A stretch of DNA of 63,212 nucleotides, filler included. It is 10 parts of 10 records of this genome, joined end to end, with 100 filler letters (N's around TTAATTAATTAA, not from the genome) between each part and the next. Parts side by side here need not be neighbours in the genome. Positions count along the whole stretch, not along the records: positions 45,322 to 51,340 come from SRR31156797_48160; positions 51,441 to 56,957 come from SRR31156797_48188; positions 57,058 to 63,212 come from SRR31156797_48264; 7 more parts are not named here. One strand, 5' to 3'. Made by a program: the position numbers and the translations under genes. Under the pieces are notes generated by a model. It was given only the letters and a program-made list of their open reading frames with translations, was not told where the DNA came from and searched no databases. This document shows, in pieces, positions 48,844-59,361 of this stretch. The number at the start of each line of letters is the position of its first letter. Within the stretch, counting starts at the first letter, position 1.

Positions 48844-49256
48844 TGCCGGATTCATTCGCTAAAAAATTATTAACCCTGTTTTTAGTTAATACAGCTTTTA
48901 TTTTCAGTTTCCATCTCTCGTTCGACCCTCTGATCAGACCGGCGTCGGCCTACGAATTTTGGCCTTCCGGGTGGCCGGAGCCCAAATTATACGGAGCTGA
49001 AAGAGTGTCCGATGAAAAAGTGGATTTCGACCCCAAGTTTCCGGGCAAGGAAACGCGCCTGGAAAAATTTCATACGCCTGATGGAGGGAGAGTTTTCAGG
49101 TTCAGTCACAAGGGCAATGTCTTCAGCTTTGAAATAGACAGCGACCTTGAAGATCCCCTGGATTATGAAATTGTTGACAAGGACGGGAGCGGCGGTTTTG
49201 AAATCAAGCAGTCTCCATACAATGAATATCCATTGCCCAGATGGACATATGAATGA
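48844..49256 (+). CDS. Hypothetical exported protein
   Basis: GGAGG RBS before ATG 48844, signal-peptide-like N-terminus, DKDGSG motif. Confidence 0.6.
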
Positions 49257-49317
49257 ATGTTTCGAACGCCGATGTTAACCCGGCCTCTATGCTTTCTATC
49301 AGAAAAGGAGAATTGGA

Positions 49318-51276
49318 ATGCAGTTTCAATCTACTGTTCGGTTGCTGAAGTTGTTTATCGTAATGGCTTTCATTTTGACCGCGGGAAATGCCGGCGCCTC
49401 TTCCAAGATTATTACAATTGTGCACACCAACGATCTGCACTCTCATCTGTTGGGTTTTTCACCCAACATCGACTACACTTCGAATATCAAGGGCGACGAT
49501 AAAACCCTGGGCGGTTGGGCCAGAATAGCCTCTCTGATAAAGGAAACAAAAGCCGGCCGTAACAACCCTGTTCTTATCGTGGATGCGGGCGATTTCCTGA
49601 TGGGATCAATGTTTCACCTGCTAAGCCGTGAAGAATCTTTCGAACTCCGTTTGTTGAAAAAAATGGGATATGATGTCGTATCCCTTGGCAACCATGAGTT
49701 CGACTTGAAACCGGACGGTCTGGCCAGAATTATAGAATCGGCGGCGGAAAATGACGGCTTGCCGGATTTGGTTTTATCCAATGCCGTCTTTAGCCGGGAA
49801 AGCAAGGAAGACGACTCCCTTGAAGCCTTTTTTAAACAGGGGTATGTCAAACCATACCGGGTAGTGGAAAAAAGCGGCTTGCGCATCGGATTTTTCGGAC
49901 TCATGGGAAAGGATGCGGCGGAAGTAGCCCCGTTTTCCTGGCCCGTTACATTTTCCGATCCCATTGTCAGTGCAAAAGAAATGGTTGGCGAGCTCAGGGA
50001 AAAGGAAAAGGTCGACCTTGTTGTCTGTCTTTCACACAGCGGTTTGAATGAGGATCCCGAAAAAAGCGAGGATGAAATCCTGGCCGCCGAAGTTGACGGC
50101 ATTGATATTATTATTAGCGGGCATACCCATACAAGGCGCGAAGAACCGATCAGGGTTAAAAATACGATCATCGTCCAGGCCTGGGAATATGGAAAACAAG
50201 TCGGCATCATGGACCTGGCCGTTGAAAATGGCCAGGCAAGCCTCCAGTCTTATAAAATCGTTAATATTGACGACAGCATCCCCGGAGATCCTGAAATATC
50301 AGCGCTTATCGATTCATTTAAAACGCAGATAGGCGACAAGGTCCTGGCCGGGGCCGGTTTAAATTTTTATTCAAGGCTCGCCCGCACGAACTTTGATTTA
50401 ACCATTAGGGAAGAAGAATCAAACCTGGGAAATCTTATCGCCGATTCCATTCGCTGGTATATAAACGAGCATAATTCGGCCGATCAGGACCCGGCGGACA
50501 TACTTACCATGGCCGTGATTTCAAACGGCGTGATCAGGGATGATATATTGGTCGGACAAAGCGGGGATATAGCTGTGTGCGACGCTTTCAGGACTATTCC
50601 GCTAGGGGTGGGATCCGACGATACCATGGGGTACCCTCTGATTTCATTCTATCTGTACGGATCGGAGATTAAAAAGGCCCTGGAAATTATGACCAGCATA
50701 TATCCTTTAAAGGGCTCCGATTATTTTCTGCAAATATCAGGGGTCAGGTTTTCATACAATCCCAATCGGATGATTTTCGACAGGGTCACGGAAATCTGGA
50801 TCGGCGATGAAGAAAACGGGTACAGCACATTGGATTATTCAGACTCGAACAATACTTTATACCGGGTCGGCGCGGATATATATAACTCTACCTTCCTCAA
50901 GATTATAGGAGAGTTTACTTATGGCTTCCTGCATATTGTTCCCAAGGATAAACAAGGCCGGCCGATTGAAGAACTGAAAAGCGCCCGCGTGGATATGGAC
51001 CCGCAAAAGCCCGGCGTCCAGGAGCTTAAGGAGTGGATGGGCGTTATTCAATACATTGCCAGTTTTCCGGACGGAAACGGGGACGAAGTTCCGGATGTCC
51101 CCGATAAATATCAGGGTAAACTGGGACGGGTGATTGTTGAACCAAGCTGGAATCCAGTTAACCTTGTCAGCAGAGGGACCTTTATCACCAGGCTGGCGGC
51201 TGCGGTTGTAGGCGTCGGCCTGTTTTTATGCGCCCTGGTGTTTTGGATGGTCAGAAGACGGGCTCGTCGGAAATAA
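49318..51276 (+). CDS. 5'-nucleotidase/metallophosphoesterase with C-terminal membrane anchor
   Basis: HTNDLHSH, DAGDF, LGNHEFD, LSHSG, SGHTH, ESNLGNLIAD; signal peptide and C-terminal TM with basic tail. Confidence 0.92.
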   Translation: MQFQSTVRLLKLFIVMAFILTAGNAGASSKIITIVHTNDLHSHLLGFSPNIDYTSNIKGDDKTLGGWARIASLIKETKAGRNNPVLIVDAGDFLMGSMFHLLSREESFELRLLKKMGYDVVSLGNHEFDLKPDGLARIIESAAENDGLPDLVLSNAVFSRESKEDDSLEAFFKQGYVKPYRVVEKSGLRIGFFGLMGKDAAEVAPFSWPVTFSDPIVSAKEMVGELREKEKVDLVVCLSHSGLNEDPEKSEDEILAAEVDGIDIIISGHTHTRREEPIRVKNTIIVQAWEYGKQVGIMDLAVENGQASLQSYKIVNIDDSIPGDPEISALIDSFKTQIGDKVLAGAGLNFYSRLARTNFDLTIREEESNLGNLIADSIRWYINEHNSADQDPADILTMAVISNGVIRDDILVGQSGDIAVCDAFRTIPLGVGSDDTMGYPLISFYLYGSEIKKALEIMTSIYPLKGSDYFLQISGVRFSYNPNRMIFDRVTEIWIGDEENGYSTLDYSDSNNTLYRVGADIYNSTFLKIIGEFTYGFLHIVPKDKQGRPIEELKSARVDMDPQKPGVQELKEWMGVIQYIASFPDGNGDEVPDVPDKYQGKLGRVIVEPSWNPVNLVSRGTFITRLAAAVVGVGLFLCALVFWMVRRRARRK

Positions 51277-51441
51277 TGGACCGGATTATAGTCAATCCGA
51301 CCCGGGTTCCATAAATAGTGTCTGTCCAGAAATGAGGAATNNNNNNNNNNNNNNNNNNNNNNNNNNNNNNNNNNNNNNNNNNNNTTAATTAATTAANNNN
51401 NNNNNNNNNNNNNNNNNNNNNNNNNNNNNNNNNNNNNNNNT

Positions 51442-52467
51442 GTTGGAACCGGCATTAAAAAAGACTATAGTTATGTTATTAACATGGACCAGAATATTAA
51501 TCTGCTGGGTACACTTAACGATGCCAGTGACGTGGACACCGGATATATAATTGAAGTAGCAGTACCATGGGCAGATATTGGCGGTAATCCTTCAGTCGAT
51601 GTTGTTGGACTGCTTGCAGTAGTAAACGACAAAGACAGTGAAGACAGTGTATATCGCTTTAACTATGGAGATGTAGCACAGGGAACTTATGCAATTCCAG
51701 ATAACTGGGCAGATGCAACAATTATAGCTGCACCAGAAGAGCCAAACACAGCTCCCCAGTTTAATGCTATTTCACCAGTTACACTTACAGAAGAAGAAAC
51801 CATCAGTTTCACAATAATTGCAGCAGATACAGAAGGAGATGAACTCACATATTCAGCTACATCCCTTCCAGTAGGTGCAACATTTGATGCAGAAACAGCA
51901 ACCTTTGTCTGGACACCTGCTGACGGCGATGCAGGTACCCATGAAGCAGTGTTTGCAGTCACAGATGGTGAATTGGGAGATTCAATGAGTGTTACTATTG
52001 AAGTAGAGGCTATGAACCATGCTCCGGTCATTCGTTTCTTTGAACCGGCAGATGGATCCAGCTATGAAGAAGGTTCAAGTGTTTATCTTAATGCATTCGC
52101 AACCGATGAGGATGACCAGGCATTAAGCTACGTCATCAATATCGATGGTGTACAGGTAAGCACATCTTCAAGTTACACATGGGAACTTGACTATGAGTCA
52201 GCAGGAACCTACACTGTAGAAGTGATTGTAAGCGATGGTGTTGCAGAAGTCAGATCTACCAGTGTTGTTATAGTTACTGACCTTCATCCAAGATGGGATG
52301 TCAATGAAGATGGTGTAGTTAGTGTACTTGATGTCGATATCATTAGCCAGAACTACGGTGCAACCTATGCAGGTGACTTGCCTCGCTGGGATGTCAATCA
52401 GGACGGGACTATTGATGTCAACGATATTTCAATTGTGCTGGACCACCTTGATGAAGTTGTAAACTAA
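51442..52467 (+). CDS. Surface protein with CBM9/DOMON-like, Ig/PKD and dockerin-like domains (5' truncated)
   Basis: GTLND.SDVDTGYIIEVAVPW, PNTAP..LPVGATFD..FVWTP, duplicated WDVN.DG....D.... Confidence 0.8.
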   Translation, partial: VGTGIKKDYSYVINMDQNINLLGTLNDASDVDTGYIIEVAVPWADIGGNPSVDVVGLLAVVNDKDSEDSVYRFNYGDVAQGTYAIPDNWADATIIAAPEEPNTAPQFNAISPVTLTEEETISFTIIAADTEGDELTYSATSLPVGATFDAETATFVWTPADGDAGTHEAVFAVTDGELGDSMSVTIEVEAMNHAPVIRFFEPADGSSYEEGSSVYLNAFATDEDDQALSYVINIDGVQVSTSSSYTWELDYESAGTYTVEVIVSDGVAEVRSTSVVIVTDLHPRWDVNEDGVVSVLDVDIISQNYGATYAGDLPRWDVNQDGTIDVNDISIVLDHLDEVVN

Positions 52468-52547
52468 GGCGTATTTTTTAACGCCTTCTTTTTTCTTTTT
52501 TTATTTCCCACGACATTCTTATATATTCATGTGTTTCTATCTAGACC

Positions 52548-53138
52548 ATGCCTTATCCAATTGCACATGTTATGTTTTTTGTACTCTGCATCAGTGCGGT
52601 TATGACATATGTAACTCTTAGAGCATTTTTTAGTAAAGAGATTACACCTACTAATATACTGAATGTGCTTATATTGCTGCTCGTGGGTGGTATAGCAGCG
52701 CTTTTTCCTGATATTACTGCCGTTTACAATGTTCTTGTAAATGGTAATATTGAGCACGTTAATATCGGGCCGATTCCAACGCATTCGATACTGTTCAGTT
52801 CCTTAGCATTTTTTATGGGAATTGCTGTGGGCTATGTTGTATACAGGAAATATGATAAGGCTATATACATGGGTATTTTTGCAGAATCTGCATCTCTTTC
52901 ACATCTTCTGCTGGACGATCTTGCCAGATATGAAATAAGTTACTTTTATCCATTATTCAATAATTCTATCAGTATCTTCTCATATGTAGATTCGAGTTTT
53001 TCAAGTTCTAATTTTCTTTATTATCTGCTGGCTTGCTACTTATCCATCATATCAATTTTTATTGTGATCATGATGGCATTATTTGCGCTGGAACATCTTG
53101 GTTTTGAGTTCCGTTTTCGTCCAAAAAAGAATAGTTGA
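52548..53138 (+). CDS. Membrane metal-dependent hydrolase (YdjM-like)
   Basis: PIAH, ALFPD, THSILF, SHLLLD, FYP motifs. Confidence 0.85.
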   Translation: MPYPIAHVMFFVLCISAVMTYVTLRAFFSKEITPTNILNVLILLLVGGIAALFPDITAVYNVLVNGNIEHVNIGPIPTHSILFSSLAFFMGIAVGYVVYRKYDKAIYMGIFAESASLSHLLLDDLARYEISYFYPLFNNSISIFSYVDSSFSSSNFLYYLLACYLSIISIFIVIMMALFALEHLGFEFRFRPKKNS

Positions 53139-53287
53139 CACTAATAAAAATATTGAGTTCAATTCATATTCTAATAGTATGTTTTAGAAAAGTAGCATTT
53201 AAAGTTTTGAGATAGGTTCTTTACTATTGCTGGAAACATACCTCTTTTGAGTACTGATTTCTATGCAAATACAGGAATGCGATTATA

Positions 53288-55756
53288 TCATTCTTCTGTG
53301 GCGTTGGTAGGAATGTTAAATCTGAAAGTACTACCTTTCCCAATTTCACTTTCAATATGAAGCTCTCCCCCATGCATTTCCACATATTCCTTGACAATTG
53401 TAAGTCCAAGTCCTGTTCCTTCATATTCGCGGGTGAAGAAACCATCGACCTGTTTGAAAGGTTCGAATATTTCGACTTGATTCTCTTTTGAAATACCAAT
53501 ACCTGTATCTGAGATAGATATCGAGAGTTTTTCATTGTTGAGACTTGCATTTATGCTGACTTTTCCATATTCTGGTGTGAATTTGATGGCATTGGAGAGG
53601 AGGTTGTACATGACGTCTTTGATCTTATTACGATCTGCACATATCTCGATCTTCCCGTTTTTTGTCTCATTTACAAGATTGATGTTCTTGTTCAATGCTG
53701 CTGGTTTCATAGATGTCACAATTTCATCGATCAGGTCATTGATATCGATTATCTCACATGCCAGTTCCATCTTTCCAGCCTCTATTTTGGAAAGGTCCAG
53801 GATATCATTGATGAGGGTCGTTAAATGATTACCACTTTTCAGTATATTGGAGAGATATTTTGTTTGTTTCTCATTGATACTGCCGGGTATTTCGTTGTAT
53901 AGCATCTGTGAAAAACCCAGGATGGAATTCATTGGTGTACGTAGCTCATGACTCATATTTGCAAGGAATTCTGATTTTGTCCTGTTGGCATTTTCAGCTT
54001 CTTTTTTTGCATGAAGAAGTTCTTCTTCAGCCTTTTTCCTGTCAGTTATGTCCGCATGGGTTCCATACATGAGCAACGGTTCGCTGTCTTTGTTCCATTC
54101 TGTTACCTTTCCACGGTCAAGCACCCATACCCATTCTCCGTTCTTGTGATGCACACGTGCTTCAAACTCATAATAATCCAGTTTCCCGTTAAAATGATCT
54201 TCAAGAAGTTTGTTGGATCTTTCAAGGTCATCCGGATGAATAAGATCGGTCCAGGTCTGAATATTTATTGGAGCCAATTCTTTAAGAGAATAGCCTGCGA
54301 TCTCTGCCCAGCGTTCGTTAAATATGGTTTCTCCTGTCTGCACATTCCATTCCCATGTACCAACATTTGTTCCTTCGATAATGTTAGCCAGGCGCTGACG
54401 TTCCGCAAGCAGAGCATCCTGCGCTTCTTTACGCTCAGTGATATCTCTGCCAACGCCCATCACTCCTATAAGTTTTCCTGTAGAATCATGCATGGGACAT
54501 TTTATGGTTTCCAGGTATTCCATATGACCATCATCTGCATAGGTGACCTGCTCTTCATTCATACTGGGCTTGCCAGCTTCCATTGCTTTTTTGTCTTTTT
54601 GCCTGAAGAAGTCTGCAAGTTCTTTGTCTATAAAATCATGGTCTGTCTTTCCAACGATCTCTTCTTCTTTTGCACCAAAAAAACTTTCGAATTTAGTATT
54701 ACAGGAAAGATAAACTCCATCAGTATCCTTTAACCATATGAGGTCAGGAATGGTATCCACCAGAGTACGTAGTTGTCCCTCTCGGTTGACAAGTGCATTC
54801 TCGGCTATCTTGCGTTCAGTTATATCCTGAAAAACAGTAGCAAAGATGCCTTCATCGACTTTATAGGCGCTAATATTGTAGTATCGATTTAGTGGCCCGG
54901 CAAAATCGTCAAAAATAGCAGGATTGCCTGTAAGTGTCACTTCTCCATATGTTTTGATGTAATGTTCATTTTCAATTCCAGGAATTACTTCGGTCACACA
55001 TCTTCCAATTATGTCTTCAACTTTCAGGCCGGTATGTTTTTCAAATGCCTCATTTGCCTCAATGAAGATGTAATCTACCGGATCACCGTTATCATCAAGG
55101 ACCAATTTATGGATGGCTACGCCACTGATGTCATTCTCAAAGAGACCACGGTATTTTTTCTCGCTTTCCCTTAATGCTTTTTCAGCACCGATCTCTCGCG
55201 TGATATTCCACATGAAATCCATAAGCAGGGCAAGCTGGAGCCTGTCATTTTCAGTATAATCCGATCTTTTATTGCCCACTCCTGCTACAGCAACGATCTT
55301 GTTGTTCCTGAAGATCGGGATTGTCATGAATCTGTGCAGTTCTACATGGCCTTCAGGATAACCTTTTTTTAATGGATTTGGAGCCTGGAAATCATTCACG
55401 ATTATTGCTTTACGCTGCCGGACAGCTTCTCCCCATATTCCGGTTCCATGCAGTTCATAGATAGTTTGGGGTTCCGCTATTTCACATTCTTTCATTGCAC
55501 CCTTTGACCATGTATTAAGGGTGAATTGCTCTGTTATCTCATCATAATAGTAAATATATCCTATCTTACTCTCTGTGAGCTTGATAGCCTCTTCCAGTAC
55601 AATGTCCAGGAATTCCAGTACAGAGTCATGTTTTGATTGAAGAATATCTGTGATACTTTTCAGTCTGTTCTTTTCAAGGGTAAATCTGTCTTCCATTATT
55701 TCCTCAATAATTTCCATGTTCAAAGCCAGGTTGACCGAGTAAAATTCAAATAGCAA
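53288..55756 (-). CDS. GAF-PAS-PAS-PAS histidine kinase (start probably ~55717 or later)
   Basis: GIWGEAVRQR..GYPEGH GAF, three [34 protein letters not shown]. Confidence 0.92.
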   Translation of the reverse strand: MLFEFYSVNLALNMEIIEEIMEDRFTLEKNRLKSITDILQSKHDSVLEFLDIVLEEAIKLTESKIGYIYYYDEITEQFTLNTWSKGAMKECEIAEPQTIYELHGTGIWGEAVRQRKAIIVNDFQAPNPLKKGYPEGHVELHRFMTIPIFRNNKIVAVAGVGNKRSDYTENDRLQLALLMDFMWNITREIGAEKALRESEKKYRGLFENDISGVAIHKLVLDDNGDPVDYIFIEANEAFEKHTGLKVEDIIGRCVTEVIPGIENEHYIKTYGEVTLTGNPAIFDDFAGPLNRYYNISAYKVDEGIFATVFQDITERKIAENALVNREGQLRTLVDTIPDLIWLKDTDGVYLSCNTKFESFFGAKEEEIVGKTDHDFIDKELADFFRQKDKKAMEAGKPSMNEEQVTYADDGHMEYLETIKCPMHDSTGKLIGVMGVGRDITERKEAQDALLAERQRLANIIEGTNVGTWEWNVQTGETIFNERWAEIAGYSLKELAPINIQTWTDLIHPDDLERSNKLLEDHFNGKLDYYEFEARVHHKNGEWVWVLDRGKVTEWNKDSEPLLMYGTHADITDRKKAEEELLHAKKEAENANRTKSEFLANMSHELRTPMNSILGFSQMLYNEIPGSINEKQTKYLSNILKSGNHLTTLINDILDLSKIEAGKMELACEIIDINDLIDEIVTSMKPAALNKNINLVNETKNGKIEICADRNKIKDVMYNLLSNAIKFTPEYGKVSINASLNNEKLSISISDTGIGISKENQVEIFEPFKQVDGFFTREYEGTGLGLTIVKEYVEMHGGELHIESEIGKGSTFRFNIPTNATEE

Positions 55757-56120
55757 ATTAAATATTTCCGATGCATTTTGATTATTTTTTGCTCAATAAT
55801 GTTTGTACATTGATATTATTATTTAACAACATATATAATGTGTATCATTATGAATATTTGTCAAACTATAGTTTAAAAGGCAGAGTACTATTATCTTGTT
55901 ATAATTTTTTATCTTTCTCTGTAAGTTATGAGGAAATGGGGAACATGGCTGATATTAAGCAATTATTTAGGAAATTGAAAGCCCTTCATTTCCAGTGCAA
56001 AATATACTGAAAAATATAATTTGTAATGTGTAGTATAGTTGCATTGATTTGATCATTTTTACATTTGAGCAGGTCTGAGTGAAACGCGGGTTTACATACT
56101 AATATATTTGTGACTATTTT

Positions 56121-56957
56121 TCATTCGTTTCTATGATCGATAGGCATTGTAAAAGTGAACGTACTTCCTTTGTCAATTTCACTTTCAACATCAATTTCTC
56201 CTGAATGCATCTCTACATAATATTTGACAATTGCAAGTCCAAGTCCTGTTCCACCGTGGATACGGTTTGAAGACGAATTGACCTGTTTGAACGGATCGAA
56301 TATAGCTTTCTGCTGTTCTAATGGAATTCCAATGCCAGTGTCAGATATCGAGATCTCAACGATCTCATCTGTTATTTTTGAGTCAAACCGTATATTTCCA
56401 TTTTCAGGCGTGAACTTAATCGCGTTGCTGAGAAGATTATACAGGATTTGTTTTATTTTTGTTTTATCAGCATTTATTTCCAGTTTTTCGAACCCGGAGT
56501 TTACCTCAAGGTCAATTTTCTTCTCTTTTATGAGAGGGGCCATTAACAATGTGGTCTCATCAATGATCTCGTTCAGGTCGACCATCTCAGGCGCATATTC
56601 CATATTGCCTGATTCTATTTTTGAAATATCCAGTATGTCATTTATCAGTTCTAGTAGATGATTGCCACTTTTTGATATATTGGAAACATAATTCAGTTGT
56701 TTTTCATTCAGCTCACCAACCATCTTTTCAGTCAGTATCTGGGAAAAACCAATAATCGCATTAAGTGGTGTGCGAAGTTCGTGGCTCATGTTCGCAATGA
56801 ATTCAGATTTGATCTGATTAGATTCTTCAGCCAGGAATTTAGCCCGAAGAAGAGCAGCTTCTGTTTGTTTGCGCTCTGTGATATCAGTCAGGAAAAGAGT
56901 AAGGCCAATGACATTTCCTTCATCATCTTCAAGAGGACTGTACACATTCTCATACCA
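56121..56957 (-). CDS. PAS histidine kinase (5' truncated)
   Basis: [37 protein letters not shown]. Confidence 0.92.
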   Translation of the reverse strand, partial: WYENVYSPLEDDEGNVIGLTLFLTDITERKQTEAALLRAKFLAEESNQIKSEFIANMSHELRTPLNAIIGFSQILTEKMVGELNEKQLNYVSNISKSGNHLLELINDILDISKIESGNMEYAPEMVDLNEIIDETTLLMAPLIKEKKIDLEVNSGFEKLEINADKTKIKQILYNLLSNAIKFTPENGNIRFDSKITDEIVEISISDTGIGIPLEQQKAIFDPFKQVNSSSNRIHGGTGLGLAIVKYYVEMHSGEIDVESEIDKGSTFTFTMPIDHRNE

Positions 56958-57339
56958 NNNNNNNNNNNNNNNNNNNNNNNNNNNNNNNNNNNNNNNNNNN
57001 NTTAATTAATTAANNNNNNNNNNNNNNNNNNNNNNNNNNNNNNNNNNNNNNNNNNNNTTTAATCTGACTTTGATTTAAAAAATAATAATCGTTCTTAAAT
57101 CTAATTGTTTTCAGTTTTAATTATGCTTTAAAATTAAAACGTTTTGAAAATAATAACTTTTTTTACACAATTGTTTTTCTAAGTATATATTTTTTTAGGG
57201 AGTTTTAATCATAAGCCCTATAGTAATATTTCTACAATATTAGATAATTCCTCTTTTATTTAACAACATTATTTATTAATCAAGTAAATAAGCTCTCTAT
57301 CTTTATAAAACAAAGCAATTTTAACGAAATAAATAACTA

Positions 57340-57372
57340 AAGAAGCCAGTCTTATAATCGACTGACTTCTTT
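57340..57372 (-). terminator. Terminator after the CDGSH gene
   Basis: AAGAAGCCAGTC/GACTGACTTCTT stem. Confidence 0.7.
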
Positions 57373-57378
57373 GTTACT

Positions 57379-58029
57379 CTATCCTTTAAAGCCTTCTTTT
57401 TCATGGCTGCTATCACAATAAGGTGCATGTTTTGATTTTCCGCATCTGCATAATGCATAGTGATCTTCTGTAATAGCTGTTTTATGCGATTCCAGTGAGT
57501 CTTTAACTCTAATCCCTCCCTGAACATAATACGGTCCATCTTTAACAATAATTATCTTTTGTTCATCAAACCACTCTTCCACTTTTACATCATTATAAGT
57601 ATAAGTAAGAGCTCCTGACGGACATTTTTTTATCACTTCAATAATTCGCTCCGGATCAGCTCCGTTCGGGTCAATCCATGGTCTCTCATCCATTTTGAAA
57701 ACTTCAGGCAGATTAGTTACACAAGAACCATCATGGCAACATATATATCGGCTGTCATGAACAGTTATTTTCTCACCAACATAATCTTTTGGAGCATGTT
57801 TTCTCTCTTTTTGTCTTGTTCCCAAAAATTTGACTTTACTATGCGAACCGTCACAAAGTGGTTTTTTATTTGATTCACCACAACGGCAAAATGATTTTAC
57901 TGTATCAGCATCTATTTTTTCACCAGCATCTGTTTCAACTTCACAATCAACAAACATATATGAAGTTTTTTCATGAAAAACAATCTCTCCGCATTTTTCT
58001 TCACTTCTTTCTTTACATTTACAACCCAT
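57379..58029 (-). CDS. CDGSH iron-sulfur protein (CDGSH - Fer4_19-like - CDGSH)
   Basis: CRCGESNKKPLCDGSH, CCHDGSCV..LP.VF....RPWI.P...CPSGAL, CRCGKSKHAPYCDSSH. Confidence 0.92.
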   Translation of the reverse strand: MGCKCKERSEEKCGEIVFHEKTSYMFVDCEVETDAGEKIDADTVKSFCRCGESNKKPLCDGSHSKVKFLGTRQKERKHAPKDYVGEKITVHDSRYICCHDGSCVTNLPEVFKMDERPWIDPNGADPERIIEVIKKCPSGALTYTYNDVKVEEWFDEQKIIIVKDGPYYVQGGIRVKDSLESHKTAITEDHYALCRCGKSKHAPYCDSSHEKEGFKG

Positions 58030-58204
58030 AATTTCCCCTCCTATAGATTTTTTAATCTAAAAAAATTTATATAGTATTATTTCCTCTACTAAAATCTTAT
58101 ACCAAATAAAATATCTTTTTCCTTTAGAATTATTTTTTCAATATTGAGTAAAATATTACATTAGTAATTTTTTGGTGCCTTTTCTCCTGATATATTTTAG
58201 CAAT

Positions 58205-58337
58205 AAAAAAAGCCCAGTTTATATACAAACTGAGCTGAATTTCTCTATAAATAGGGAAGGTGTCGTCCGGGAAGACGACACCATTTAAGGGATTTAGGGA
58301 TATAATTTAAAAAATTTAAAAGGGAAATTATAACCTT
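58205..58337 (-). ncRNA. Candidate small RNA with five UCCC motifs
   Basis: Bounded by a TTGACT-17-TATAAT promoter and an intrinsic terminator; perfect 9-bp internal hairpin; no ORF with a ribosome-binding site. Confidence 0.6.
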
Positions 58338-58343
58338 ACAATT

Positions 58344-58372
58344 ATTATATTATTTCTTTATAGATAAGTCAA
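58344..58372 (-). promoter_or_regulatory. sigma70 promoter of the candidate sRNA
   Basis: -35 TTGACT (58372-58367), 17-bp spacer, -10 TATAAT (58349-58344). Confidence 0.7.
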
Positions 58373-58485
58373 GTTTTTTTTGATAACTATTACAATATTA
58401 TTTTACTTTTTAATTTTTTATTGATGTTTTTTCCAATTTTGATGTATAATAAAATAAACAAAATATTACTTTAAAGGAAGATGTC

Positions 58486-59199
58486 ATGGAAAAATTGATT
58501 TACAGGGATATTGAGATTCCGTATACAATTATCAAAAAAAAGAAAAAATATTTATCAATCAGTATTCGAAGAAGTGGTGAAGTAATCGTCTCTGTGCCAA
58601 ACAGAACACCAAAGAAACATATTCACTCTTTTTTGAATTTAAAAGCCTCTTGGGTATATGAAAAATATAAGTATATTCTTGAAAATAAAAAAGAAAAAGA
58701 GTATGCTCACGGAGAGGAATTCTTATACTTAGGTGAGAAACTCATTCTTAACTTTATCGCTTCTGATTATAAAAGGGCATTTGTCGAAAAAAGCAGTATG
58801 TTTCTAGACGTACACCTTCATCATGATAAATTAAATGATAAGGAGTTTATAAAAAAATCTATTCTTAAATGGTACAAAAAAGAAGCTGAGAAAATATTTT
58901 TTGAAAGATATCTATTTCTTAATAAATTAACAAAAATAGAAGTAAATGAAATAAGAGTTAGAAATCTAAAAAGAAGTCACGGAATCTGTTATTCGAACGG
59001 AAAGATCTCTTTAAACTGGAAATTAATTATGTGTGATCTTAATATAATCGACTATGTTTTACTACACGAAATGTGTCATTTAACACATATGAATCACTCT
59101 AAGCAGTTCTGGAATATGGTAGGAAACTTCATGCCGGAATATAAAATTTACTCCAATAAATTGACAGAAATGAGTAAAAATTTTTGTTTAGAAATTTAA
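58486..59199 (+). CDS. M48/SprT-like (YgjP) metallopeptidase
   Basis: GEEFLYLG, I.LNWKL, IDYVLLHEMCHL.HMNHSK.FW. Confidence 0.9.
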   Translation: MEKLIYRDIEIPYTIIKKKKKYLSISIRRSGEVIVSVPNRTPKKHIHSFLNLKASWVYEKYKYILENKKEKEYAHGEEFLYLGEKLILNFIASDYKRAFVEKSSMFLDVHLHHDKLNDKEFIKKSILKWYKKEAEKIFFERYLFLNKLTKIEVNEIRVRNLKRSHGICYSNGKISLNWKLIMCDLNIIDYVLLHEMCHLTHMNHSKQFWNMVGNFMPEYKIYSNKLTEMSKNFCLEI

Positions 59200-59361
59200 T
59201 ATTTATTATAAGACTCTCTTTTCAGGGAAACTTACCTGTTATTCAGTAATACGTCCGTTCTTCGTTTTCTATTCTTCTAGTATAATATTTCTGTGATCAA
59301 GAATAAGTAATTGGTTTTCAAAGATTAATATAGAAATTTATATATATAGGAGGATAAAATT

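Noticed and set aside
8729-57057. Regularly recurring TTAATTAATTAA within N-runs, resembling a repeat array
   Set aside because: Artificial concatenation linker; cross-spacer gene neighbourhoods are meaningless
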